From positions 8,017 through 72,016 of the forward strand of contig JAKLDK010000001.1 in assembly GCA_022703565.1 (NCBI GenBank): DNA of 64,000 nt, written 5' to 3'. Positions 9,661 to 19,050 of the stretch are shown here, piece after piece. The position numbers and the translations under genes were made by a program. The stretch comes from Candidatus Omnitrophota bacterium. GTDB taxonomy: Bacteria > Omnitrophota > Gorgyraeia > Zapsychrales > Zapsychraceae. The notes under the pieces were generated by a model. The model did not search any database, had not been told where the DNA came from, and saw nothing but the letters and a program-made list of their open reading frames with translations. Each line of letters begins with the position of its first letter. The stretch's first letter is position 1.

Positions 9661-9908
9661 GAAGGCAAAAATGATGAATGTTATAACAAAAAAGAATCCG
9701 TCCCAAGTACAAGGACGGTATTTTTTTTATCCACCTTCGCAGAAACCCATGGTTTTACCTGTAGATGAATGCATATGGTTTAGGATTTATGCTTTGAGGA
9801 TGTCGCCGTTTTCAGAAAAGGTGGATAGATACCCAGCAACGCTGGGTTTGTTGGTAGGTTCCACGGCTTTAGCCGTGGGGCTCCAGCTAGTGCAAAATTT
9901 AATTTCTA

Positions 9909-9941
9909 CCCCGCAGCTTTATTGGGCTCGCGGGGTTTTTT
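9909..9941 (+). terminator. Intrinsic terminator / attenuator in the pyr leader
   Basis: CCCCGCAGC...GCTCGCGGGG stem followed by TTTTTT, about 90 nt upstream of the pyrR ATG. Confidence 0.6.
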
Positions 9942-10032
9942 GTTGAGAACGCAGTTTACGAAAATACAATGAACGTAAGCTAAGGCTTGAAATAACTCCG
10001 CAAAGCGGGGTTAAAATAACGGGAGGAATAAA

Positions 10033-10581
10033 ATGCCGGAAGATACAAAGATTATGGATAAAGACGATGTTAAGCGGGCAGTTATGCGTATCGCGCATGA
10101 AATCCTGGAGAAAAGTAAAGGCGTTGAAGATTTATGCATTATAGGTATTCGTACCCGCGGGGTAGTTTTGGCCGATAGGATAAACGAATGCATAAAGGAA
10201 ATTGAAGGCAAGAATGTGCCTTGCGGGGTTTTGGATATTACTTTATACCGGGATGATTTAACTCTTGTTGCCAATCAGCCGATTGTCCATGAAACTAAAA
10301 TAGCTTTTGATATTAGCGGTAAAAGGGTGGTTTTGGTCGACGATGTTTTATTTACCGGACGGACAATCCGTGCGGCCTTGGATGCTTTAATCGATTTTGG
10401 GCGTCCGAGCTGCATACAGCTTGCTGTTTTAGTTGACCGCGGGCACAGAGAACTTCCAATCCGTGCGGATTATGTGGGTAAAAACATTCCAACTAACCGT
10501 GACGACAATGTAAAAGTTATTCTAAAAGAAAATGACAAAAAAGAAGATCAAGTTGTAGTCGAAAAAGGAAAAATAAAATGA
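10033..10581 (+). CDS. pyrR: Bifunctional pyrimidine operon regulator / uracil phosphoribosyltransferase
   Basis: PRTase motif [21 protein letters not shown]; 182 aa; first gene of the pyr cluster. Confidence 0.9.
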   Translation: MPEDTKIMDKDDVKRAVMRIAHEILEKSKGVEDLCIIGIRTRGVVLADRINECIKEIEGKNVPCGVLDITLYRDDLTLVANQPIVHETKIAFDISGKRVVLVDDVLFTGRTIRAALDALIDFGRPSCIQLAVLVDRGHRELPIRADYVGKNIPTNRDDNVKVILKENDKKEDQVVVEKGKIK

Positions 10582-11507
10582 GCCAATGGACTAAACATGA
10601 TTTATTAGATTTGGAAGATTTGTCTAAAGATGAATTGGAATTAATTCTAACAACTGCCAAATCGTTTCGGGAAGTTTCCTCGCGCGATGTCAAAAAAGTT
10701 CCGGCCTTACGAGGAAAAACGGTTGTGATGCTGTTTTTTGAGCCGTCGACGAGGACAAGGATTTCCTTTGAATTAGCGGCTAAAAGACTATCGGCCGATA
10801 CTTTAAATGTTGCGGCAAGCAGCAGCTCTTTATCCAAGGGCGAAACGATTCTTGATACTGCGAAAAATATTGAAGCGATGAATGTTGATGCTATTATCGT
10901 CAGGCATTCTTGTGCCGGGATTCCAAAGGTTTTAGCAGATAATTTAGGGCCTTCCATAATAAATGCCGGTGATGGTTGCCGGGCTCATCCAACACAGGCG
11001 CTCCTAGACATTTTTACAATGAAAGATAAGAAAGGAAGAATTGAAGGATTAAATGTCGGTATTGTCGGCGATATTCTGCATTCGCGTGTTGCCCGATGTA
11101 ATATCACGGCTTTAAATAAATTAGGGGCGAATGTAACCGTTTGTGGTCCGTCGACATTGATGCCGGTTGGAGTTGAAAAACTGGGCGTTCAAGTAAGTTA
11201 TGATGTCGATGATGTTATATCCAAAAGCGATTGCCTGATGCTTTTAAGGATTCAAAAAGAAAGACAGGAAGATAAATTTCTGCCTTCAATCCGTGAATAC
11301 GCAAAGAAATTCGGAATTAATAAAGAACGTCTTAAAAAGGCGAAGAAAGATTTGCTTATAATGCATCCCGGGCCGACGAATAGAGGCGTTGAATTAACCG
11401 CTGATGTTGCTGACGGAGAACAATCAGTCATTTTGGAGCAGGTTACAAACGGGATTGCGGTAAGAATGGCGGTTTTGTTCTTGCTTCTAGGGACAAAAGA
11501 GGAATAA
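10578..11507 (+). CDS. pyrB: Aspartate carbamoyltransferase catalytic subunit
   Basis: STRTRISFE carbamoyl-phosphate-binding motif and HPTQALLD. Confidence 0.95.
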   Translation: MSQWTKHDLLDLEDLSKDELELILTTAKSFREVSSRDVKKVPALRGKTVVMLFFEPSTRTRISFELAAKRLSADTLNVAASSSSLSKGETILDTAKNIEAMNVDAIIVRHSCAGIPKVLADNLGPSIINAGDGCRAHPTQALLDIFTMKDKKGRIEGLNVGIVGDILHSRVARCNITALNKLGANVTVCGPSTLMPVGVEKLGVQVSYDVDDVISKSDCLMLLRIQKERQEDKFLPSIREYAKKFGINKERLKKAKKDLLIMHPGPTNRGVELTADVADGEQSVILEQVTNGIAVRMAVLFLLLGTKEE

Positions 11508-11549
11508 ACTTGGATTAAGTTTGAGTGTAATTATTATAAGGAGAAACAA

Positions 11550-12821
11550 ATGGCACTTTTAATCAAGAATGCAATTATAGTTAATGCGGATAAGGTTGAA
11601 AAGAATCCGCAGGACATTTTAATTGAAAAAGGAATAATTGAAAAGATTGCCCCCGCAATTAAAGATACTGGCGCAAAAGTTATTGATGCCGCCGGGAAAA
11701 TGGTTCTGCCGGGGTTTATTGATTTGCATGTTCATCTGCGCGAGCCGGGAAGTGAAGACAAGGAAACTATCGAGTCTGGTTCGAAGGCTGCGGCCAAGGG
11801 TGGCTTTACGACAATTTGTTGTATGCCTAACACCAAACCGGTTTTGGATAACGCCATGGTTGTTGAAGCGGTAAGAAAGGAATCCGAGCGTGTCGGCTTG
11901 GTAAATGTTTTGGTTATAGGCGCAATTACCCGCGGACAGAAAGGCGAAGAGCTGGTTGATATGTTTGAATTAAAGGAAGCCGGATGCATTGCTTTATCTG
12001 ACGACGGATATTCTGTGAACAATGCTCAGTTGCTTCGACTGGCTTTAGAATATTCGAAAATGACTGGTCAGGTAATTATTGAACATTGCCAAGACCCGCA
12101 ATTGTTTGCAAAAGGAGTTATGAACGAAGGCTTAACCTCAACCAAACTTGGGCTTAAGGGCGATCCGGGAATTTCGGAAACTGTTATTATTGCGCGGGAT
12201 ATTGAAATTGCTAATTATCTGAACGCAAGAATTCATTTTGCGCATGTTAGTTTAAAACGTTCGCTAGAGCTAATTAGGCAGGCGAAAAAGGAGAGGATTA
12301 AAGTAACCTGTGAAGTTACGCCACATCATTTTAGTTTAACTGAAGATGAAATGAAATCGTTTAATACCAACGCTAAGGTTAACCCGCCCTTGCGTTCCAA
12401 AGAAGATATTGATGCTATAAAAAAGGCTTTAAAAGATGGTACGATTGACTGTATCGCAACAGACCATGCTCCGCATACGGTTGAAGAAAAAGAGCAGGAT
12501 TTAGACCACGCTCCTTATGGAATGATTGGATTGGAAACTGCCTTCGGCTTGGCTGTTAGCGAATTGGTTGAGACTGGAATATTGTCATGGGCAGATTTGG
12601 CTGAGAAAATGTCTTCTGGGCCAGCAAATATTTTAGGGTTGAGCAAAAAAGGAGCAATAAAAGAAGGTTTTGATGCTGATTTAGTTATAGTAGATCCTAA
12701 GGCCCAATGGATTGTTAAGGAAGAAGAATTTGCTTCTAAATCCAGAAATACTCCGTTTGTAGGCAAAAAGCTTGTTGGGCGAGTTGAAAAGACCATAAAT
12801 GCTGGAAAAGTGGTTTTTTAG
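11550..12821 (+). CDS. pyrC: Dihydroorotase
   Basis: DLHVHLREPG metal-binding motif; 423-aa amidohydrolase. Confidence 0.9.
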   Translation: MALLIKNAIIVNADKVEKNPQDILIEKGIIEKIAPAIKDTGAKVIDAAGKMVLPGFIDLHVHLREPGSEDKETIESGSKAAAKGGFTTICCMPNTKPVLDNAMVVEAVRKESERVGLVNVLVIGAITRGQKGEELVDMFELKEAGCIALSDDGYSVNNAQLLRLALEYSKMTGQVIIEHCQDPQLFAKGVMNEGLTSTKLGLKGDPGISETVIIARDIEIANYLNARIHFAHVSLKRSLELIRQAKKERIKVTCEVTPHHFSLTEDEMKSFNTNAKVNPPLRSKEDIDAIKKALKDGTIDCIATDHAPHTVEEKEQDLDHAPYGMIGLETAFGLAVSELVETGILSWADLAEKMSSGPANILGLSKKGAIKEGFDADLVIVDPKAQWIVKEEEFASKSRNTPFVGKKLVGRVEKTINAGKVVF

Positions 12822-12849
12822 CCAGAAAAAACATACCATATCTGGTGTT

Positions 12850-12919
12850 TTATCCACAGGCTATGCACAATCGGTGGATAAGTTAAAATGTGGGTTATAA
12901 TAAGTGATTATGTGGGTAA
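12850..12919. promoter_or_regulatory. Cluster of DnaA-box-like 9-mers
   Basis: TTATCCACA (perfect, 12850-12858). Reverse-strand matches at 12873-12881 (TTATCCACC), 12889-12897 (TAACCCACA) and 12911-12919 (TTACCCACA). An AT-rich tract with an ATGGTAT...ATACCAT palindrome follows. Confidence 0.4.
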
Positions 12920-13027
12920 TTTATAAATATAGTGGTATGTATATACCATTAAATATACTAAATAAATGGTTGAAGTGGAATGACAGACCAGTAGAAAACG
13001 TTACCTTTTCTTAGGATAGGAGTAGAT

Positions 13028-13504
13028 TTGATGAGAACGCAACAGATAACAATATCGGTAATCGGTGGTCATGACGTAAAGAAGGACGTGGAACAATTAG
13101 CCCATAATATTGGTGAAATAATAGCTAGAGTGGGTGCGGTACTTGTATGTGGAGGTCTTTTTGGCGTTATGGAGGCGGCTGCAAAAGGTGCAAAAAAGGC
13201 TGGAGGAACTACAATTGGCATACTTCCTGGAAAAGAAAAATCTGATGCGAATAAATATATTGACATAGCTCTGCCAACTTCAATAGGTTATTCCAGAAAC
13301 GTGATTGTGGCCTGTTCTGCGGATATCATAATTGCGCTTCCTGGTAGCCATGGTACCCGCTGCGAAATTTCCTACGGGTTTGTTTATAATAGACCGATAT
13401 TGGACATGGGAAATTGGAACATAAAAGGCATGATAAAGCCAAAGGATCTTAAAGATTTGGAAGCTAAATTAAAGAAATTGATAAAGGAATTAAAAAGTGT
13501 TTAA
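13028..13504 (+). CDS. LOG-family / TIGR00725 Rossmann-fold nucleotide-binding protein
   Basis: VCGGLFGVMEAAAKGAKKAGGTTIGILP and the PGSHGTRCE pattern of the LOG superfamily. Confidence 0.65.
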   Translation: MMRTQQITISVIGGHDVKKDVEQLAHNIGEIIARVGAVLVCGGLFGVMEAAAKGAKKAGGTTIGILPGKEKSDANKYIDIALPTSIGYSRNVIVACSADIIIALPGSHGTRCEISYGFVYNRPILDMGNWNIKGMIKPKDLKDLEAKLKKLIKELKSV

Positions 13505-13534
13505 AAAAATGAATGTTTTGTTATATTATAAGCC

Positions 13535-14365
13535 ATGCCGGAATTACCAGAAGTTGAGACAATTAGAAGAGATTTGAAAACAGTTCTTGTTGGCCTAAAA
13601 ATCAAAAAGGTCAATGTTTACGATAAAAGGGTTATTTTCAAAAAAACTCCGCAGCAATTCTCCAGCCTATTAATAAATAAACGAATATTAGATATAGATA
13701 GAAGAGGCAAAGCGTTAATTCTTAAACTTTCTTCCGGGCTTTTTGTGGCGGTTCAATTAAAAATGACTGGGCAGTTAATCTACACCAAAGAAGATTTTAA
13801 AAGTGCTCTTAATTGTAAAGAGACAAAATTAAGCTTAAAGCTTTCAAACGGTAAATTTTTAAACTATAATGACCAAAGGATATTTGGAAAATTTATATTG
13901 GAGCGAGATTTAAGTTCATTGCCATACTTTAGTAAATTAGGAGTTGAACCGCTAGGGGAAAGTTTTACCTTAAAATGGCTGCAAGAAAAATTGCGTGCTA
14001 AAAAAACTCCGATAAAGCATTTTTTGATGGATCAAAGCAATATTGCAGGTATTGGAAATATATATGCTTCGGAAATATTGTTTGAATCTAAGATAAATCC
14101 GAGAAGGTTGGCGAACGGTTTGTCGGCAAAAGAAACAGGGTTAATATTTAAGGCGACAAAAGATATTCTTACTTGTGCGGTTAAAAATCGCGGCACAAGT
14201 TTTCGTGATTACCGTGATGCGTCGGGCAAGAAGGGCAATTATATTAAATATCTTCAGGTGTATGGGCGGGAAAGTGAAAAATGTTTTAGATGTAACGGTG
14301 CAATAAGCAGAATAAGTCAGCAGGGACGCAGCACTTTTTATTGTTCAAAATGCCAAGGAGAATGA
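13535..14365 (+). CDS. mutM: Formamidopyrimidine-DNA glycosylase
   Basis: MPELPEVETIRR N-terminus with the catalytic Pro2 and a C-terminal Cys4 zinc finger (CFRCNG...CSKCQ). Confidence 0.9.
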   Translation: MPELPEVETIRRDLKTVLVGLKIKKVNVYDKRVIFKKTPQQFSSLLINKRILDIDRRGKALILKLSSGLFVAVQLKMTGQLIYTKEDFKSALNCKETKLSLKLSNGKFLNYNDQRIFGKFILERDLSSLPYFSKLGVEPLGESFTLKWLQEKLRAKKTPIKHFLMDQSNIAGIGNIYASEILFESKINPRRLANGLSAKETGLIFKATKDILTCAVKNRGTSFRDYRDASGKKGNYIKYLQVYGRESEKCFRCNGAISRISQQGRSTFYCSKCQGE

Positions 14366-14366
14366 G

Positions 14367-15041
14367 ATGAAAGAAAGAATCAAAATTGATGTTAGTATCT
14401 TGGTTGGCGTAATCCTCGCCTCTTCGTTGCTTTTTTTCTTTAAGGGGCTATATCCGCAAGACAACCTTACGGAAAATGTCTTAGATTTCTTAGGTATAAT
14501 TACAATAATAAAAGGCGTGCTTTTGCGAATGGCGGCCCGCGGGCACAAAATGACCTTCTCGGATAAGAGCGAACAGCTTGTCACGACGGGGCCGTATGCC
14601 TTTACCCGCAATCCGATGTATTTCGGAAGCTTTTTAATCGGATTGGGATTCGTATTGATTCTTTGGCCCTGGTGGATGATGTTTTTATATATGTATCTTT
14701 TTTACATAAGATTTAATAAGGAAATGCTAAAAGAAGAAAAATATTTGAAAGAAAAATTTGGTGCACAATATGAACGTTATTGCAAGGAAGTCCCCAGAAT
14801 TCTTCCTTTAATGGGCAAATGGTTTAAGGTCAAGGCGCGGGAAGTAACAAATCTGGTCGAGGCTTTTAGCACCAAGGAAAAGATGGGCTTATTGACCTGG
14901 CCGATTTTAGCGATTTTCTTAGAGGTGATAAAAGAAATAATAGTTTATGGCAAAGTGGACATTGTAAACACTCTAATAATTTTCTTAGGCGGGTATATCT
15001 TTTTCGCGATAGTTTTTTGTTTAAGATACGTAATTAAATAA
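14367..15041 (+). CDS. Isoprenylcysteine carboxyl methyltransferase (ICMT)/PEMT-family membrane methyltransferase
   Basis: FTRNPMYFGSFLIGLG motif, multiple TM helices, and the ICMT C-terminal pattern. Confidence 0.65.
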   Translation: MKERIKIDVSILVGVILASSLLFFFKGLYPQDNLTENVLDFLGIITIIKGVLLRMAARGHKMTFSDKSEQLVTTGPYAFTRNPMYFGSFLIGLGFVLILWPWWMMFLYMYLFYIRFNKEMLKEEKYLKEKFGAQYERYCKEVPRILPLMGKWFKVKAREVTNLVEAFSTKEKMGLLTWPILAIFLEVIKEIIVYGKVDIVNTLIIFLGGYIFFAIVFCLRYVIK

Positions 15042-15042
15042 A

Positions 15043-15813
15043 ATGTTAAAAGTTCAGTTTAAAACTAAGATTGTTTCAAATAAAAAAATCTGCCCCAAGT
15101 ATTTTTCTTTGGTTTTAGATAAGAAGTTTAGTAAAAAAGAGATATCTGCCGGACAATTTCTTAATATCAAAGTTTCCGACGGATTAAAGCCTTTGTTCCG
15201 CCGGCCGTTCTCAATCTCTCGATTTAAGGATAACCTGGAAGTGTTGTATGAGCCGGTAGGCGAGGGCACAAAAATATTATCGCAAAAAGAGCCGGGAGAA
15301 ATTCTGGATGTTTTAGGCCCGCTCGGAAATAACTTTATCAAACCAGAAAAAGATGTGAAACAGATAGTTTTTATCGCCGGAGGCGTAGGAGTGGCTCCGT
15401 TTATTGGTTTTTCCGATGATTTGAAATCGTTCAAAGGCAATAAAATTATTCTCTTCGGGGTAAGAACAAAAGAACACACGTTTAATTTAGATGTTTTTAG
15501 AAATAACGGATTTAGAGTGTTTATTTCGACGGATGATGGGAGCAAGGGCGTAAAGGGCCGTGTTAGCGAACTATTTAGCAAAATTGATGTAAATGAAAAG
15601 GGAACTATTTGTTATGTTTGCGGACCGAAGCCGATGATGCGCTCGGCGCAAGACTTTGTGATAAAGAATAATTTGTCTGCGCAGGGGTCTTTTGAGGAAG
15701 TTATGGCCTGCGGAATAGGTACATGCCGTGGATGTGTAATAAAAACAAAAAGCGGATTTAAAACAGTTTGTAATGACGGGCCGGTTTTTGATTTAAAAGA
15801 AATTATATTTTAG
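15043..15813 (+). CDS. pyrK: Dihydroorotate dehydrogenase electron-transfer subunit
   Basis: FAD/NAD-binding ferredoxin-reductase fold with a C-terminal 2Fe-2S Cys cluster (CGIGTCRGC...C). Confidence 0.75.
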   Translation: MLKVQFKTKIVSNKKICPKYFSLVLDKKFSKKEISAGQFLNIKVSDGLKPLFRRPFSISRFKDNLEVLYEPVGEGTKILSQKEPGEILDVLGPLGNNFIKPEKDVKQIVFIAGGVGVAPFIGFSDDLKSFKGNKIILFGVRTKEHTFNLDVFRNNGFRVFISTDDGSKGVKGRVSELFSKIDVNEKGTICYVCGPKPMMRSAQDFVIKNNLSAQGSFEEVMACGIGTCRGCVIKTKSGFKTVCNDGPVFDLKEIIF

Positions 15814-15826
15814 AGGAGGCAAGGAA

Positions 15827-16180
15827 ATGTTTAGCGCGATATCTCTTGGAATAGCAACCGGGCTTCTCGGTGGGATATTTGGAATCGGCGGCGGAAGCAT
15901 AATGATTCCGGTGTTGATTATGTTTTGTGGCCTGACCCAACATCAGGCGCAAGGGACATCTTTAGCGGCAATGTTGCCTCCGGTTTTTATTTTAGCTGTG
16001 TGGAAATACCACCAGGCGCATAATATTAAATGGGATGTGGCGATGTGGATTGCCTTAGGAATTGTTTTAGGCGGGTTGATTGGCGGGATGATTGTTCAGG
16101 GCGTGCCGGATGCAAGCTTAAAAAAAGCTTTCGGAATATATTTAGTAATAATTGGAATTAAAATAGCATTCTTCAAATGA
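15827..16180 (+). CDS. Half-size TSUP (TauE/SafE-like) membrane protein, 117 aa
   Basis: GGIFGIGGGSIMIPVL motif. Only one 4-TM repeat is present, whereas TSUP proteins normally have two. Lies between pyrK and pyrD. Confidence 0.55.
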   Translation: MFSAISLGIATGLLGGIFGIGGGSIMIPVLIMFCGLTQHQAQGTSLAAMLPPVFILAVWKYHQAHNIKWDVAMWIALGIVLGGLIGGMIVQGVPDASLKKAFGIYLVIIGIKIAFFK

Positions 16181-17091
16181 AAGAAATAAATTTAAAAGTA
16201 AAAATCGGCGATTTTGAATTTCAGAATCCAATAACAGTGGCTTCCGGAACGTTTGGTTATATCGAGAAATATATGGATGATGCTAAATTAAGGAAGCTTG
16301 GGGCAATTGTTCCGAAAACCATAACTTTAAATCCACAGGATGGCAATCCCGCTCCTAGGATTGTAGAGACAGCGTCGGGGATGATAAATTCAATCGGGAT
16401 TGAAAATGAAGGCGTAGATTCGTTTATTGAAAATAAATTGCCAAAATTACAAAAGATCGGCATACCGATTATTGTCAGTATTTCCGGTAAAACCAAAGAT
16501 GAATTCTTGAGAATTGCCGAAAAGTTAAATAAATGTGATATTGCTTTCCTGGAACTTAATTTGTCTTGTCCCAACCTCGGGCATAAAAAATTAGTTGCGC
16601 AAGATTCCCAGGCAACCTTTGATACAATCAAGGCTGTAAAAGAAGTTTCAAAAGCAAGAATAATTGCTAAGCTATCTCCCAATGTAACTGATATCTCTGA
16701 GATAGCATTGTCGGCAGAGGAAGGAAAGGCCGATGCTTTAAGCTTGGTTAATACTTTCTGGGCGATGGCTATTGATATTAAAAAAAGAATCCCTTTAATT
16801 GGCAATGTTACCGGCGGGCTTAGCGGCCCGGCGATAAAACCGATCGCGCTTTCTATGGTGTATAAGGTAAGGCAGGTTACAAGGATTCCGATTATTGCTA
16901 TGGGCGGGATTATGGATTATAAAGATGCCTTGGAATTTATTATTGCCGGTGCGACTTTTGTCGCAGTTGGAACGGCGAATTTTATTAATCCGAATGCGCC
17001 ATTAGAAATTCTGAAAGGGATAAAAGAATATTTAAAGGAAAACAATATTTCTGATATTAACCAATTAATAGGAAGTCTAAAAACTAAATGA
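16177..17091 (+). CDS. pyrD: Dihydroorotate dehydrogenase catalytic subunit (class 1B)
   Basis: ITVASGTFGY motif and a conserved Cys in NLSCPN; pairs with pyrK. Confidence 0.9.
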   Translation: MKEINLKVKIGDFEFQNPITVASGTFGYIEKYMDDAKLRKLGAIVPKTITLNPQDGNPAPRIVETASGMINSIGIENEGVDSFIENKLPKLQKIGIPIIVSISGKTKDEFLRIAEKLNKCDIAFLELNLSCPNLGHKKLVAQDSQATFDTIKAVKEVSKARIIAKLSPNVTDISEIALSAEEGKADALSLVNTFWAMAIDIKKRIPLIGNVTGGLSGPAIKPIALSMVYKVRQVTRIPIIAMGGIMDYKDALEFIIAGATFVAVGTANFINPNAPLEILKGIKEYLKENNISDINQLIGSLKTK

Positions 17092-17843
17092 ATAGCGCAA
17101 AGGCAAAATTAATTGTCGCTTTGGATGTTGATACTTTTGATGAAGCCAGAAGCTTGGTCGATAAATTAAGCGATGTCGTCGATATCTTTAAGGTTGGAAT
17201 CCAGCTTTTTACTTCGAGTGGGCCGAGCATAGTTTTTTATATTTTGGATAAGGGTAAAGATGTTTTCTTGGATTTGAAGTTTCATGATATTCCTAACACG
17301 GTTGCTAACGCGGTCAAGGCTGTGGTTAATTTAAACCAGATTTCTAACGTCGAAGTTTCCGGCGGAAAAAGTAAAAAGAAAAAACGTGGAAATATTGTTT
17401 TGTGTACATTGCATGTTATGGGCGGAGAAGAAATGCTAAAAAAAGCAGTTGAATCGGTAACCGCTCAAGCAGAGAAAATACAAGCAGTTAAGCCGGCTTT
17501 GGTCGGAATTACTGTCTTGACAAGTGATGCCCAAACCGATAATATTCAAGCTATTATTTTGGAAAGAGCGAGGTTGGCTAAAACCTGCGGGTTAGACGGT
17601 GTTGTGGCTTCAGGCCAGGAGGCATCTTTAATTCGACGAGAAATGGGCGACAATTTTATAATAGTTACTCCGGGAATAAGGCCGTCAGGCGCGGATGTGG
17701 GAGACCAAAAAAGAGTAGTTACTCCTTCTTTGGCGATAAAAGAAGGAAGCAATTATTTGGTTGTCGGCCGTCCGGTTGTAAAAGCAATGGACCCACATGT
17801 GGTCGCATTTGAAATATTAAATGAAATGAAAAAGGCTAATTAA
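17088..17843 (+). CDS. pyrF: Orotidine-5'-phosphate decarboxylase
   Basis: LIVALDV and DLKFHDIPNTV motifs; carries a lysine-rich insertion (GGKSKKKKRG). Confidence 0.85.
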   Translation: MNSAKAKLIVALDVDTFDEARSLVDKLSDVVDIFKVGIQLFTSSGPSIVFYILDKGKDVFLDLKFHDIPNTVANAVKAVVNLNQISNVEVSGGKSKKKKRGNIVLCTLHVMGGEEMLKKAVESVTAQAEKIQAVKPALVGITVLTSDAQTDNIQAIILERARLAKTCGLDGVVASGQEASLIRREMGDNFIIVTPGIRPSGADVGDQKRVVTPSLAIKEGSNYLVVGRPVVKAMDPHVVAFEILNEMKKAN

Positions 17844-17858
17844 TAAAGGGAGCAAAAA

Positions 17859-18470
17859 ATGGCGCAACAAATTCAGGAATTAATTAATAAGATCAAACAA
17901 GAAGGAATTGAGGCGGCGGAGCAGAAAAGTAAAGAGTTAGATCTCCAGGCGCAAGCTAAGGCTCAAAAAATTATCGATGAAGCAAAGATTAATGCCCAAA
18001 AGATTGTCCAGGATGGAAAAAAAGAAATTGAGCAAATGAAAATAACAACGCAAGCCGCGTTAAAACAATCTTCCAGAGATATGCTTTTGACGTTAAAAAA
18101 AGAGATCGAAAATGTTTTAAAGAAAATTACTCAAAAGAATGTAAACGATAGTTTGACGCCAGATAGCCTGTCAAGAATCTTGGGCAGCATTGCGGAAAAA
18201 ACTTTTAGCGAGCAAAAAGAGAACGTAGATATAAAGGTATTGTTATCGCAAACAGATTTGGAAAGCCTTAAGAATGGAATTATTGCTAAATTGCAAAAGG
18301 AGCTTAAGGGAAAAATAGTTTTTCAGTCGCGAGACGATATCTCTAAAGGTTTCGCAATTAGCTTTGATTCTGGAAAATCCAGTTTTGATTTTAGCGATAA
18401 AAGCTTGGCTGATTATATCGCGGGTTTTGTAAATGAAGAAGTAGCCAAAATTATTAAAGAGGCCATATAA
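17859..18470 (+). CDS. atpE: V/A-type ATP synthase subunit E
   Basis: A 203-aa charged helical protein with the subunit-E pattern, in first position of the V-ATPase operon. Confidence 0.65.
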   Translation: MAQQIQELINKIKQEGIEAAEQKSKELDLQAQAKAQKIIDEAKINAQKIVQDGKKEIEQMKITTQAALKQSSRDMLLTLKKEIENVLKKITQKNVNDSLTPDSLSRILGSIAEKTFSEQKENVDIKVLLSQTDLESLKNGIIAKLQKELKGKIVFQSRDDISKGFAISFDSGKSSFDFSDKSLADYIAGFVNEEVAKIIKEAI

Positions 18471-18475
18471 ATAAA

Positions 18476-19036
18476 ATGAGCCGTAAATATTATTATTTTA
18501 TTGCCAGTTTACCTTTGTTGGAATTTGAAGGGAAATTATTGATTAGTGCCGCCGACTTTTTGAACGATAGCAAAAGGATTTTGGTTGAAAAGGATTTTAT
18601 TGTCATTCAGGAGTTGCTCAATAATTCAATCTCCGATAGCTCTTTGGCTAATGATTTTGTTAAGAAGTGGAGCGATTTTCTGCATTTGCTTAATAATGAA
18701 ATGGCTGCTTTTAGGGCGGAACGATGGGGAAAGAATCCGGTAGATTTTGTAAAAGGCGAAAGGAAAAAAGATCCGTATTTTATAAGTTTGTTGAATCAGG
18801 CAGCCGAGGCAATTAACCCTCTTGAGGCAGAAAAAGTTTTAGATAAAGCAAAATGGTTGTTTTTAGATGAAATATCTTTTGGGCATTATTTTGATTTTGA
18901 GGGTGTTATTGCTTATGCTATAAAATTGCAAATATTGTCACGTTACGCAAAGTATAATTCCGAAGAATACAAGCCCTTATATAGTGAATATGAATCTTCG
19001 GCCAAAGAAGAAAAACAATATGAATTATCAGCTTAA
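18476..19036 (+). CDS. Conserved hypothetical protein of minimal V-type ATPase operons (possibly a divergent C or F subunit)
   Basis: A 186-aa protein between subunits E and A, in the same position as the uncharacterised gene in Chlamydia/Spirochaete atpE-x-A-B-D-I-K operons. Confidence 0.4.
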   Translation: MSRKYYYFIASLPLLEFEGKLLISAADFLNDSKRILVEKDFIVIQELLNNSISDSSLANDFVKKWSDFLHLLNNEMAAFRAERWGKNPVDFVKGERKKDPYFISLLNQAAEAINPLEAEKVLDKAKWLFLDEISFGHYFDFEGVIAYAIKLQILSRYAKYNSEEYKPLYSEYESSAKEEKQYELSA

Positions 19037-19050
19037 CTAAGGAGTTAATT

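Noticed and set aside
9671-9946. A 91-codon ORF in the ORF track
   Set aside because: It lies entirely inside the pyr leader between the PyrR-binding loop and the attenuator terminator. It has no RBS and a compositionally odd translation, and it overlaps strong RNA hairpins. It was treated as non-coding leader RNA.
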